From: Deltaproteobacteria bacterium
Lineage (GTDB): Bacteria > Myxococcota_A > UBA796 > JAFGLY01
Assembly (NCBI GenBank): GCA_016927815.1
Contig: JAFGLY010000114.1
Coordinates: 20,329 to 84,328 of the forward strand
Reading direction: 5' to 3'
Length of the DNA: 64,000 nt
Positions 56,478 to 64,000 of this stretch are shown here, piece by piece. Below the pieces are notes generated by a model. That model worked only from the letters and a program-made list of their open reading frames with translations, had not been told where the DNA came from and ran no database searches. Position 1 is the stretch's first letter; every line of letters starts with the position of its first letter. The translations under genes and the position numbers were made by a program.

Positions 56478-58180
56478 GCGTCGTCCTCGGCCTGAACGAG
56501 TTCTTCCACGACACGGCCGCGGCCCTCGTGGTGGATGGCCGCCTGGTGGCGCTCATCGAGCAGGAACGGCTCGACCGGCGCAAGCACGCCGAGGGCTTCG
56601 CCCTGCTCGGGCCGCCGCCCTGGGAAGCGATCCGCTGGTGCCTGACGCGCGCGGGCCTCTCCTTCCGTGACGTCGACCGCATCGCGGTCTCCTTCGACGC
56701 CGACGCGCCCCGGGCGCTCGGCATCCTGGCCGGGATCGTCCGCGGGAACCTCGAGCGGGCCTCTGTCCGGAACACGCTACGGAACCGCTTTCAGCTCGAG
56801 GACCCCGCCCTGAGGTTCTTCGGTGGACTCACCCTGGGCATGGCGCGACGCCGGGCCTTTCTCGAGGACCTGTCCCGGCGGTGCGACGCGCCGGTCGAAG
56901 TCGTGAACCACCACCTCGCGCATGCGGCCAGCGCGTTCTTCCCCTCGGGCTTCGACGATGCCGCGATCGTCGTGCTGGACGGACAGGGCGACGCGTGCCC
57001 CACGTCCCTCTGGGAGGGCCGGGGCGACCGGCTCGTGCTCAGGGACCTGGAACCGGATCCCGAGAACTCCCTGGGGATCCTCTACCGGGCCATCTCCCTC
57101 GCGCTCGGCTTCACGTTCATGGACGCGGGCAAGACCATGGGCCTGGCCGCCTGGGGCCGAGCCCGCGAGCCGTACCTGTCCATGCTCCGACCCGAGGGCG
57201 ACCGGTACACGATCGACTGGCCGCTGGTCAAGCGGATCACGCGGCACCACGCCCGCTACTCGGGCGAACTCCAGGACGTGCACCGGGACATGGCCGCCTC
57301 CGTGCAGCAGCGCCTGGAGGAGGTGGGCGTGCGCCTGGCCCGCCGAGCTCGGGTCCTGGCGCGAAGCCCCCGGATCTGCCTGGCGGGCGGGGTAGCGCTC
57401 AACTGCAATATGAACGCCCGGATCCTGACGGACGAGGGGACGGAGGGCATCTGGGTCCAGCCCGGGGCCATGGACATGGGCTGCGCGCTCGGCGCCGCGC
57501 TGGTGGCGGCCCAACGGGCCGGGGATCGCCTCGAACGCGGGTTCGACGTCTACAGCGGCACCGCCTGGTCCGCCGCCTCCATCGAGGCCGCCCTTTGCCA
57601 GCGGGGTCTCGCCTTCCACCGCGTGGAGGATCCAGCCGACGCGGCCGCGGAGCGGCTCGCCCGCCGCGAGATCGTGGGCTGGTTCCAGGGCCGCACCGAG
57701 TTCGGCCCCCGCGCGCTCGGCAGCCGCTCGATCCTGGCCAACCCCGACCGCGCGGAGACGCGCGACCGCACCAACCGCGTCAAGCAGCGGGAGCTGTGGC
57801 GACCGCTCGCTCCCGCGATCCTCGAGGAGAAGGCGAGCGAGTGGTTCGAGGATGCGGCACGGTCCCCGTACATGACGCTCACGTTCCGCTTCCGGCCCGA
57901 CAGGATCCCGCTCGTCCCCGCCGTGGTCCATGCCGACGGCAGCGCGCGTGTCCAGACCGTGAACCGTACGGACCACCCCGAGTTCCGTCGATGCATCGAG
58001 CGGTTCGAGGCGCGAACGGGCATCCCCATGGTCATGAACACGTCCTTCAACCGCCGGGGAGAACCCATCGTGCACACGCCGGAGGAGGCCCTGGCCTCTT
58101 TTGAGGCGCGGGAGGAGATGGACTGCCTTGTGGCGGGCCCCTTCGTCGTAGAGCGAACGCCCGGGAGCAAGACCCCGTGA
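56474..58180 (+). CDS. Carbamoyltransferase (NodU/CmcH/TobZ family), copy 3
   Basis: GTG start overlaps the copy 2 stop; FFHDTAAAL, HHLAHAASAF, GKTMGLA, EFGPRALGSRS, NTSFN. Confidence 0.94.
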   Translation: MSVVLGLNEFFHDTAAALVVDGRLVALIEQERLDRRKHAEGFALLGPPPWEAIRWCLTRAGLSFRDVDRIAVSFDADAPRALGILAGIVRGNLERASVRNTLRNRFQLEDPALRFFGGLTLGMARRRAFLEDLSRRCDAPVEVVNHHLAHAASAFFPSGFDDAAIVVLDGQGDACPTSLWEGRGDRLVLRDLEPDPENSLGILYRAISLALGFTFMDAGKTMGLAAWGRAREPYLSMLRPEGDRYTIDWPLVKRITRHHARYSGELQDVHRDMAASVQQRLEEVGVRLARRARVLARSPRICLAGGVALNCNMNARILTDEGTEGIWVQPGAMDMGCALGAALVAAQRAGDRLERGFDVYSGTAWSAASIEAALCQRGLAFHRVEDPADAAAERLARREIVGWFQGRTEFGPRALGSRSILANPDRAETRDRTNRVKQRELWRPLAPAILEEKASEWFEDAARSPYMTLTFRFRPDRIPLVPAVVHADGSARVQTVNRTDHPEFRRCIERFEARTGIPMVMNTSFNRRGEPIVHTPEEALASFEAREEMDCLVAGPFVVERTPGSKTP

Positions 58181-59238
58181 TCGCCCCCGTACGGACCCTC
58201 TGGCGGGGATTCGGGCGCCGGGGTCCGCTCTACGCGATGGTGCAGGTCACGGCCCGATGCAACCTGCGCTGCCGCATGTGCCAGGTCTGGACGTTGGAGC
58301 ACCAGGGCGGGGAGGAACTGCCCACCCGTCGGTACCCAGAGATGGCCCGCATCTTCTCCGAGGCCGGCATCCAGGTGGTCACCCTCGCGGGGGAGCCGTT
58401 CCTGAGGGACGACCTCGCCGAGATCGTGGCCGCGTTCGCCGAGCGAGGGCTCTCGGTCCGCATCCAGTCCAACGGCACGCTCGTCACGCGCGAGCGGGCC
58501 GATGCCGTGGTGGCCGCAGGCCTTCGCGGGATCTCCATCTCGCTCCACTCGCTCGACCCGGCCCGCATGGCGTGGATCGAGGGCCGCGAGGGTGTGCTCG
58601 ACGAGGTGCTGGCGGGCGTGGAGGCCATCCGGGCGGCGACCCGGGGGCGACGCCGTTTCCTGCGCTTCCTCAATGCGGTCCTCTTCCAGGGCAACCTCGA
58701 GGAAATCCCCGCTCTGGTGACGTATGCGGCACGCCAGGGCTTCCGCCTGTCGGTCAGCCCCGTCCACGTGTCCAGCCTGCGGACCGAGGAGCGCCAGTTC
58801 GTGCCCCGGCTCGGCGAGGGGCTCGCGCTCCGGCCCGAGGATCGCCCCCGGCTGGAGGCCGTCTCGGCGTTCCTCCTCGAGCAGCGGCGCCACAGCCGCA
58901 CGGTCCTCAACTCCTCGGCCTTCCTGCGGATGCTGCCCCGGTACGTGGACGGCGAGCCGCTGCCCTGGTCCTGCCTGGCCGGCACGCTCTACGCCTTCGT
59001 GGATCACCTCGGCCGGGTGGCGGCCTGCCACGACCTGCCCCCCGTGGGGAGCGTGTTCGACCCCGAGGTGATCCGGACCCTCGTGGCCGGGGATCTCGGC
59101 GGCCGCAGCCGGGCGGATCGCGCGGCGTGCCCGGGCTGCCTCCTTCCGTGCTGGACCGAGCTGTCCCTGCTCTTTTCCCACCCCGGGGCCTTTCTCGAAG
59201 GCGTCGAGGCCAACCTCCCGCGGGTGCGTGCATCATGA
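58177..59238 (+). CDS. Radical SAM enzyme with C-terminal SPASM/twitch-like Cys motifs
   Basis: CNLRCRMC, GEPFLR, SNG; C-terminal CLAG...AACH...CPGCLLPC. Confidence 0.9.
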   Translation: MIAPVRTLWRGFGRRGPLYAMVQVTARCNLRCRMCQVWTLEHQGGEELPTRRYPEMARIFSEAGIQVVTLAGEPFLRDDLAEIVAAFAERGLSVRIQSNGTLVTRERADAVVAAGLRGISISLHSLDPARMAWIEGREGVLDEVLAGVEAIRAATRGRRRFLRFLNAVLFQGNLEEIPALVTYAARQGFRLSVSPVHVSSLRTEERQFVPRLGEGLALRPEDRPRLEAVSAFLLEQRRHSRTVLNSSAFLRMLPRYVDGEPLPWSCLAGTLYAFVDHLGRVAACHDLPPVGSVFDPEVIRTLVAGDLGGRSRADRAACPGCLLPCWTELSLLFSHPGAFLEGVEANLPRVRAS

Positions 59239-60692
59239 GATGTGCCGTTCTCATTCCCGAGTGGCACGTCGAGGAGATCTTCCTCTCGGCGTTTGCACGG
59301 TCCATGGGGTCGTACCAGGAGCCCTCGGGCACGCTCTACGTGGCCGCGATGCTCGAGAAGGCCGGACACGAGGTTCTCTTCGCGGATGGTGCCTTGTTGA
59401 CGAACGAGGAGATCGTGGCCCGGATCGCGCCGGGTCGACCCCGTTGGGTGGGAATGTACGTCTGCGCCGTGCTCTGGCCCTCGGCCCAGCGGTTGCTCAC
59501 CGCCCTTCGGGCCGCCCTGCCCGACGCCGTGCTGGCCATCGGCGGGCCCTGGGCCGCCACGATGCCTCGCGAGAGCCTGGAGGCGTGCCCCGCGCTCGAC
59601 CAGGTCTTCACGGGGGAGGGCGAGGAGGCCAGCGTCGAGGCGCTCGCCGCCCTGGAAGCGGGGATCGAGCCCCGCCAGGTCCGCGGCCTGGTGTTCCGGG
59701 ATCGGGACGGCACCCTGGTGGACACCGGCTGGCGCGACATGATCGAAGACCTGGACGCCCTTCCCTTCCCGGCGCGCCACCTTCTGGGCGAGGACATCCA
59801 GCGGTGCGCGCTGCCACCGGGGGGCTACCGCGCACGGCCCGTGGCGCACCTCATCGCCTCCCGCGGGTGTACCAACCGCTGCATCTACTGCTTCCACATG
59901 GAGCGCAAGCGGGGCATCCGGTACCGGTCGGCCGCCAGCATCGTGGACGAGGTGGAGACCTGCGTCTTCCAGTTCGGCTTCCGCGAGGTCCGCTTCCTCG
60001 ACGACAACTTCACGGGCGACCGAGAACGCGTCTTCGAGATCTGCGACCTGCTCGAGGCCCGCCGGCTCACCATCCCCTGGTACGTGTCCTCCCGCGTGGA
60101 CACGGTGGACTTCGAGATGCTGACGCGCATGAAGCGGGCCGGCTGCTGGGCCATCCTCTACGGCATCGAGACCGGCGTCCAGAAGAACCTCAATGCCATC
60201 GGCAAGCACGTCACGCTCGAACAGATCCGGTCTGCGGTCGCCATGACCAGGAAGGCCGGGATCGAGATGTTCCTGCCCTTCATGTTCGGCATCCCGGGGG
60301 AGACGTACGAGGAGGGCCTGCAGACGATCGACTTCGCCATCGAGCTGGACCCCTACTACGCGAACTTCAACACGCTCACGCCCTTTCCCGGCACCTGGCT
60401 GTGGGACCACGGGGACAGGCTGGGCCGCATGTCCCGGGATCCCGCCCGCATGAACTTCCAGGCCGCGGCCTTCGTGCCCAACACCATGACCGAGGCCCAG
60501 ATCGTCGACTTGAGGCGCATCGCCTTCCGGCGGTTCTACAGTCGACCCCGGTTCATGGTTCGCTGGCTCCGGGGGGCCACCAACCGCCACGTGATTGGCG
60601 CCCTGATCCGCGGCATCCCCTCCTTCGCCACGCTGTGGCTCCGGCCGGACGCCTTCTGGAACGCACCCGAGCAGCCCGCCGGCGACCCCTAG
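59235..60692 (+). CDS. Cobalamin-binding radical SAM enzyme
   Basis: N-terminal B12-binding-like domain (LYVAAML, IGGPWAT, GEGE); ASRGCTNRCIYC, DDNF, YGIETG, FMFGIPGET, TPFPGT. Confidence 0.92.
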   Translation: MRCAVLIPEWHVEEIFLSAFARSMGSYQEPSGTLYVAAMLEKAGHEVLFADGALLTNEEIVARIAPGRPRWVGMYVCAVLWPSAQRLLTALRAALPDAVLAIGGPWAATMPRESLEACPALDQVFTGEGEEASVEALAALEAGIEPRQVRGLVFRDRDGTLVDTGWRDMIEDLDALPFPARHLLGEDIQRCALPPGGYRARPVAHLIASRGCTNRCIYCFHMERKRGIRYRSAASIVDEVETCVFQFGFREVRFLDDNFTGDRERVFEICDLLEARRLTIPWYVSSRVDTVDFEMLTRMKRAGCWAILYGIETGVQKNLNAIGKHVTLEQIRSAVAMTRKAGIEMFLPFMFGIPGETYEEGLQTIDFAIELDPYYANFNTLTPFPGTWLWDHGDRLGRMSRDPARMNFQAAAFVPNTMTEAQIVDLRRIAFRRFYSRPRFMVRWLRGATNRHVIGALIRGIPSFATLWLRPDAFWNAPEQPAGDP

Positions 60693-61372
60693 CTCCGGTT
60701 CTCCCTGGGCCAGGTTTCCTCTCGGAAGCGCCGGATGATGAAGGCGATCCGGTCGAGCTGCTCCTGGATCTTCTCGAGACGCCGGGTGACGGGCTCGGGA
60801 AGATCGGGGCCGGTGGAGATCATCTCGAGCAGTCCCATGGCCACGGTGAGCGGCTGGTTCAACTCGTGGGCCAGCTTCCGGCCCTGCGCCTGGTCCCCCA
60901 TGCGCTGCTCGGCCTCGATGGCTCGACGGGTGGCTTCCTCGAGCTTCTCCTGGAGCTTGTTCTCCGTGCCCAGATCCTGGAGGAGCACCACCGTGGACAC
61001 CATGTCCCCGTCCAGGTTCCGCACCGCGACCCCGTAGAGTCGACTGGGGAGGGGTTTGCCGGCCTTGTCCCGCATGTCCAGGTCAAACCTGCACCCCTGG
61101 CCCTGCTTGTCCTCGACGAGCGCCTCTCGGACGCGCAGGGTGTCGTCCGGGTCGACGTAGTAGTCGCTGTCGCGCTCCTCGCCCCACGGGCCCCAGGTGC
61201 AGCCCAGGCGCGTTCGGGCCGCAGGGTTGCCCCCGATGAGGAACCCGTCGGCATCCATCGAGAGCACCGGGAAGGGAAGGATGCTGAGCAGGGCCAGGGC
61301 CGCTTCGGACGACAGCGGCAGGACGTCCTCCTCCTCCCCATCGAGGTCGAAAGGCGGCGTGCGTGGCGGCAT
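60689..61372 (-). CDS. PAS plus HisKA protein lacking an ATPase domain
   Basis: PAS-like region (NPAAR..LG), then LAHELNQPLT; the ORF ends soon after the dimerisation helices. Confidence 0.75.
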   Translation of the reverse strand: MPPRTPPFDLDGEEEDVLPLSSEAALALLSILPFPVLSMDADGFLIGGNPAARTRLGCTWGPWGEERDSDYYVDPDDTLRVREALVEDKQGQGCRFDLDMRDKAGKPLPSRLYGVAVRNLDGDMVSTVVLLQDLGTENKLQEKLEEATRRAIEAEQRMGDQAQGRKLAHELNQPLTVAMGLLEMISTGPDLPEPVTRRLEKIQEQLDRIAFIIRRFREETWPRENRS

Positions 61373-61381
61373 GCAGGCGTT

Positions 61382-62566
61382 CTATCCCGCCTGTGAAGGG
61401 TCGTCGTGCCCCGCGGCGGCCAGGGCGGCGCGGTGGACCTCCCACACCGGCACCCCGTGCTCGCGTGCCCGGAGCGCGCAGTCCTCGTACTCGGGGGCAG
61501 GGCGGGGCGGAGCCCCCGGCAGCAGCGCCTCCTTTACGCGTACCGGGCCGTAGGGGGTAGCCACCGTGCGGAACCTGCGGTCCAGGATTCTGCGGGCCTG
61601 GTACCGGACGCGCACGCCCAGCGTGGAGCCGTGGCCGAGGAGGATGCGAGCCACCGAATCGACGTCCCCGGGGGAGGCCAGCGCGGTCAGGAGCAGGCCC
61701 GGCCGCCCCTTCTTCATCAGGACGGGCGTGGCGAAGACGTCGAGCGCACCCGCTGCGAGACAGGCTTCGAGGATCGGGGGCACGAACGCGCCGGGCAGGT
61801 CGTCCACCTGGGTCTCCAGTACCGCCACTTCGTCGCCCTCGAGCCCGTCCGGCGGCACCTCCCCGAGGAGGGCCCGCAGCACGTTGGGCAAAGGGCCATC
61901 CTCGCGGCTGCCGGCACCGGTGCCGGTACGACGAAGCACCATGGCAGGCGGCTCCCCGGGCACGGCCAGGGCCGCGAGCAGGGCCGCTCCGGTGGGCGTG
62001 ACGTGTTCGCCCGGGCCGGGTCCCGCGCAGACCGGCCACCCCTCGAGGAGGTGCAGGGTGGCCGGGGCGGGCAGGGGCAACCGGCCGTGCTGCGTGAGCA
62101 CGGTGCCACCCGAGAGCGGGACCGGGCCCGCCACGATCCGATCCACGCCCAGGCTCTCCAAGGCCGCGCACGCGCCCACCACGTCGGCGATGGAATCGAT
62201 CGCCCCGACCTCGTGGAACGTGACCCGTTCGGGGGGAACGCCGTGGACCCGCCCCTCGGCCTCGGCCAGGCGAGCGAAGGTGCCCAACGCCCGCTCGCGG
62301 ACGCGCGGCGGCAGGGGCGCCGCCTCGATGCTGGCCGCGACGTCGGCGTGGGTGCGGTGGGTGTGGGGGGAGGTCGGATCGCGGACGACGAACCGGCGGG
62401 CGGCGAGCGCTCCCCTCTGGACCGTCTCCTCGGCGACCTGGATCGGGCCGAGGCCCTCGAGAGCCCTCCGCACGTCGTCCAGGGGGGCGCCCAGGTCGAG
62501 CAGCGCGCCCACCAGCATGTCCCCGGAGCAACCCGCCTGGATGTCGAGGAAGATCAGCCGTTCCAC
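61382..62566 (-). CDS. larC: Nickel-pincer cofactor biosynthesis protein LarC
   Basis: GCSGDMLVGAL, AEGRVHG, FHEVGAIDSIADVVG, HGRLPLPAPAT, TPTGAA, MKKGRPG, PEYEDC. GTG start 62566. Confidence 0.93.
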   Translation of the reverse strand: MERLIFLDIQAGCSGDMLVGALLDLGAPLDDVRRALEGLGPIQVAEETVQRGALAARRFVVRDPTSPHTHRTHADVAASIEAAPLPPRVRERALGTFARLAEAEGRVHGVPPERVTFHEVGAIDSIADVVGACAALESLGVDRIVAGPVPLSGGTVLTQHGRLPLPAPATLHLLEGWPVCAGPGPGEHVTPTGAALLAALAVPGEPPAMVLRRTGTGAGSREDGPLPNVLRALLGEVPPDGLEGDEVAVLETQVDDLPGAFVPPILEACLAAGALDVFATPVLMKKGRPGLLLTALASPGDVDSVARILLGHGSTLGVRVRYQARRILDRRFRTVATPYGPVRVKEALLPGAPPRPAPEYEDCALRAREHGVPVWEVHRAALAAAGHDDPSQAG

Positions 62567-63318
62567 GTGGGAATCCCCGCAATCAGGGCAGCCACCGAGG
62601 CCGCGCCGAAGCCGTTGTCGATGTTGACCACGCTCACCCCGGGGGCGCAGGCGTTGAGCATGCCGAGCAGGGGCGCGATGCCTCCGAACGCCGCGCCGTA
62701 GCCGACGCTGGTGGGCACGGCGACGACCGGCCGCCCGACCAGGCCTGCGACCACGCTCGGCAGGGCGCCCTCCATGCCGGCCACCACCACCACGGCCCGG
62801 CAGGCCCTCAATGTCTCGACGTGAGGCATCAGGCGGTGCAGTCCCGCCACGCCCACGTCCCGCACGCGGTGCACGGGCAGGCCGAAGGCCTCCAGCACCA
62901 CCGCGGCCTCCTCGGCGACGGGCAGGTCGCTCGTCCCGGCGCACACCACGGCCACCGGGGCGTCGCTCGGCTCGGGGTGCCGTCCCTCCGGCAGCCACAC
63001 GAGCACCCGGGCGACCGCGTGGTGGGTGACCCCGGGCAGGGCCACACACACCTCGGCCGCCAGCGTCGCGTCCACACGCGTGGCCACGGCCACCTCGCCG
63101 GCCTCGTGTAGCGCCCGGAGGATGGCGGTGATCTGGGGGCCGGTCTTGCCCTCCCCGTAGACCACCTCGGGCAGGCCCGTGCGGGGCCGGCGATCGAGAT
63201 CGAGATGGGCGAAACCCAGATCGACTTCGGCCGGGAGGAGCATGGAGAGGGCCTGCTCCACACTCACGGCTTCCGTCCGGACCTGCTGGAGGATCCGTGC
63301 CAGCGCTTCCCGGTCCAC
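62554..63318 (-). CDS. larB: Nickel-pincer cofactor biosynthesis protein LarB
   Basis: PEVVYGEGKT, AGTSDLPVAEEA, DVGVAGLHRL, AGMEGALPSV, PTSVGYG, VVNIDNGFGA. GTG start after GGAGGT. Confidence 0.94.
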   Translation of the reverse strand: MDREALARILQQVRTEAVSVEQALSMLLPAEVDLGFAHLDLDRRPRTGLPEVVYGEGKTGPQITAILRALHEAGEVAVATRVDATLAAEVCVALPGVTHHAVARVLVWLPEGRHPEPSDAPVAVVCAGTSDLPVAEEAAVVLEAFGLPVHRVRDVGVAGLHRLMPHVETLRACRAVVVVAGMEGALPSVVAGLVGRPVVAVPTSVGYGAAFGGIAPLLGMLNACAPGVSVVNIDNGFGAASVAALIAGIPTWNG

Positions 63319-63418
63319 CGTCACCTCCGCCGCTCGGGGACGGCCCCCTCTAGCCCGTTCCCCGATGGCGGGGGAACCGCCGTCCGACATACAGGGGGGT
63401 CCTGCGGGGATTCGAACG

Positions 63419-64000
63419 GTGCGCCGGCTCCTCTTCCTGCCCGCCCTTACTGCCCTCCTCGTCGCCGCGTGGCCCTCCGGTGCCGAGGAGCAGGACCTCT
63501 ACGCCTCGGCCGTCCACATCGTCCAGGACCGCTACCTGTGGCCCGAGGCCTTGGAAGCGCACGCCATGCTCCGGGGCGCCGTGGAGCGGCTCGAGGAGGA
63601 GGTGGAGTGGCTCATCGCACAGCCCGACGGTACGGGCTTCGTCCTCCAGGACGGCGACGGCCGGAGGATGGGGCGGGTGGAGGCCCGCCGCCTCTCAGAC
63701 CTGGCCGGGGCCTTGAGGGCCCTGGAGGGATGCGTGTCCGGCGCGCCCTGGCCCCTGGACGAGGACGTGACCCTCGAGGTCGAGATCCTCAAGGGGGCCT
63801 TCTCGGTGCTGGACCGGCACTCCTCGGTGCTCACCGGCCGTCGCCTGGAGCGGTTCAACGAGCGCATCCGGGGCACCCTGGAGGGCATCGGCGCCCGGAT
63901 CGGGCTGGAGGACGGCGTCCTGGTGGTCCGCCACGTCTTCGGCGGCGGCCCGGCGGACGAGGGTGGCCTCCGGGACGGCGACCTCCTGACCCGCATCGAC
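63419..64000 (+). CDS. S41 family C-terminal processing protease with PDZ domain, 3'-partial
   Basis: Not in the ORF track. Hand translation gives signal peptide VRRLLFLPALTALLVAAW, then LDRHS, GTLEGIGARI, GGPADEGGLRDGD.LTRID, open to the window end. Confidence 0.82.
   Translation, partial: MRRLLFLPALTALLVAAWPSGAEEQDLYASAVHIVQDRYLWPEALEAHAMLRGAVERLEEEVEWLIAQPDGTGFVLQDGDGRRMGRVEARRLSDLAGALRALEGCVSGAPWPLDEDVTLEVEILKGAFSVLDRHSSVLTGRRLERFNERIRGTLEGIGARIGLEDGVLVVRHVFGGGPADEGGLRDGDLLTRID

Noticed and set aside
1-64000. tRNA, rRNA, IS elements, integrases or prophage genes
   Set aside because: None recognised by eye, and composition looks uniformly GC-rich. tRNAscan-SE or Infernal would be needed to exclude small RNAs formally.

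Overview
Very GC-rich, densely coding bacterial chromosome segment with about 58 genes. Several MYXO-CTERM-like sorting tails, a pilC-pilS-pilR-pilA locus and Cys-rich or DTG-rich secreted proteins point to Myxococcota or a related deltaproteobacterial lineage (inference). Most long ORFs in the supplied track are GC-rich shadow frames, so I re-called starts by hand. Recognisable genes: pepD, ilvE, uvrB, a ClC-otsB-otsA operon, tag, cutA, pilCSRA, a HelD-like helicase, larB/larC and a partial S41 protease. I saw no tRNA, rRNA, CRISPR array or transposase. The best candidate for an undescribed system is the ~11 kb divergent locus at 49.4-60.7 kb. Its left arm has a hidden 54-aa ORF and two tandem PP-loop enzymes with CxxCK plus a distal Cys. 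Its right arm has a GT-C-like membrane protein, three tandem carbamoyltransferases (one lacking the N-terminal HD motif), a radical SAM/SPASM-like enzyme and a B12-dependent radical SAM enzyme; larB/larC lie just beyond. Other notable items are an ECF sigma operon with two glycogen-binding-domain envelope proteins, a lamin-tail/HlyD/VTC/DUF4956 operon lacking CotH, a DEDDh exonuclease-RNase HI fusion, an orphan extended Flp-like pilin behind a near-consensus sigma54 promoter, and paired TGAC-N7-GTCA boxes upstream of pilA. All family assignments come from motif recognition, not database searches.
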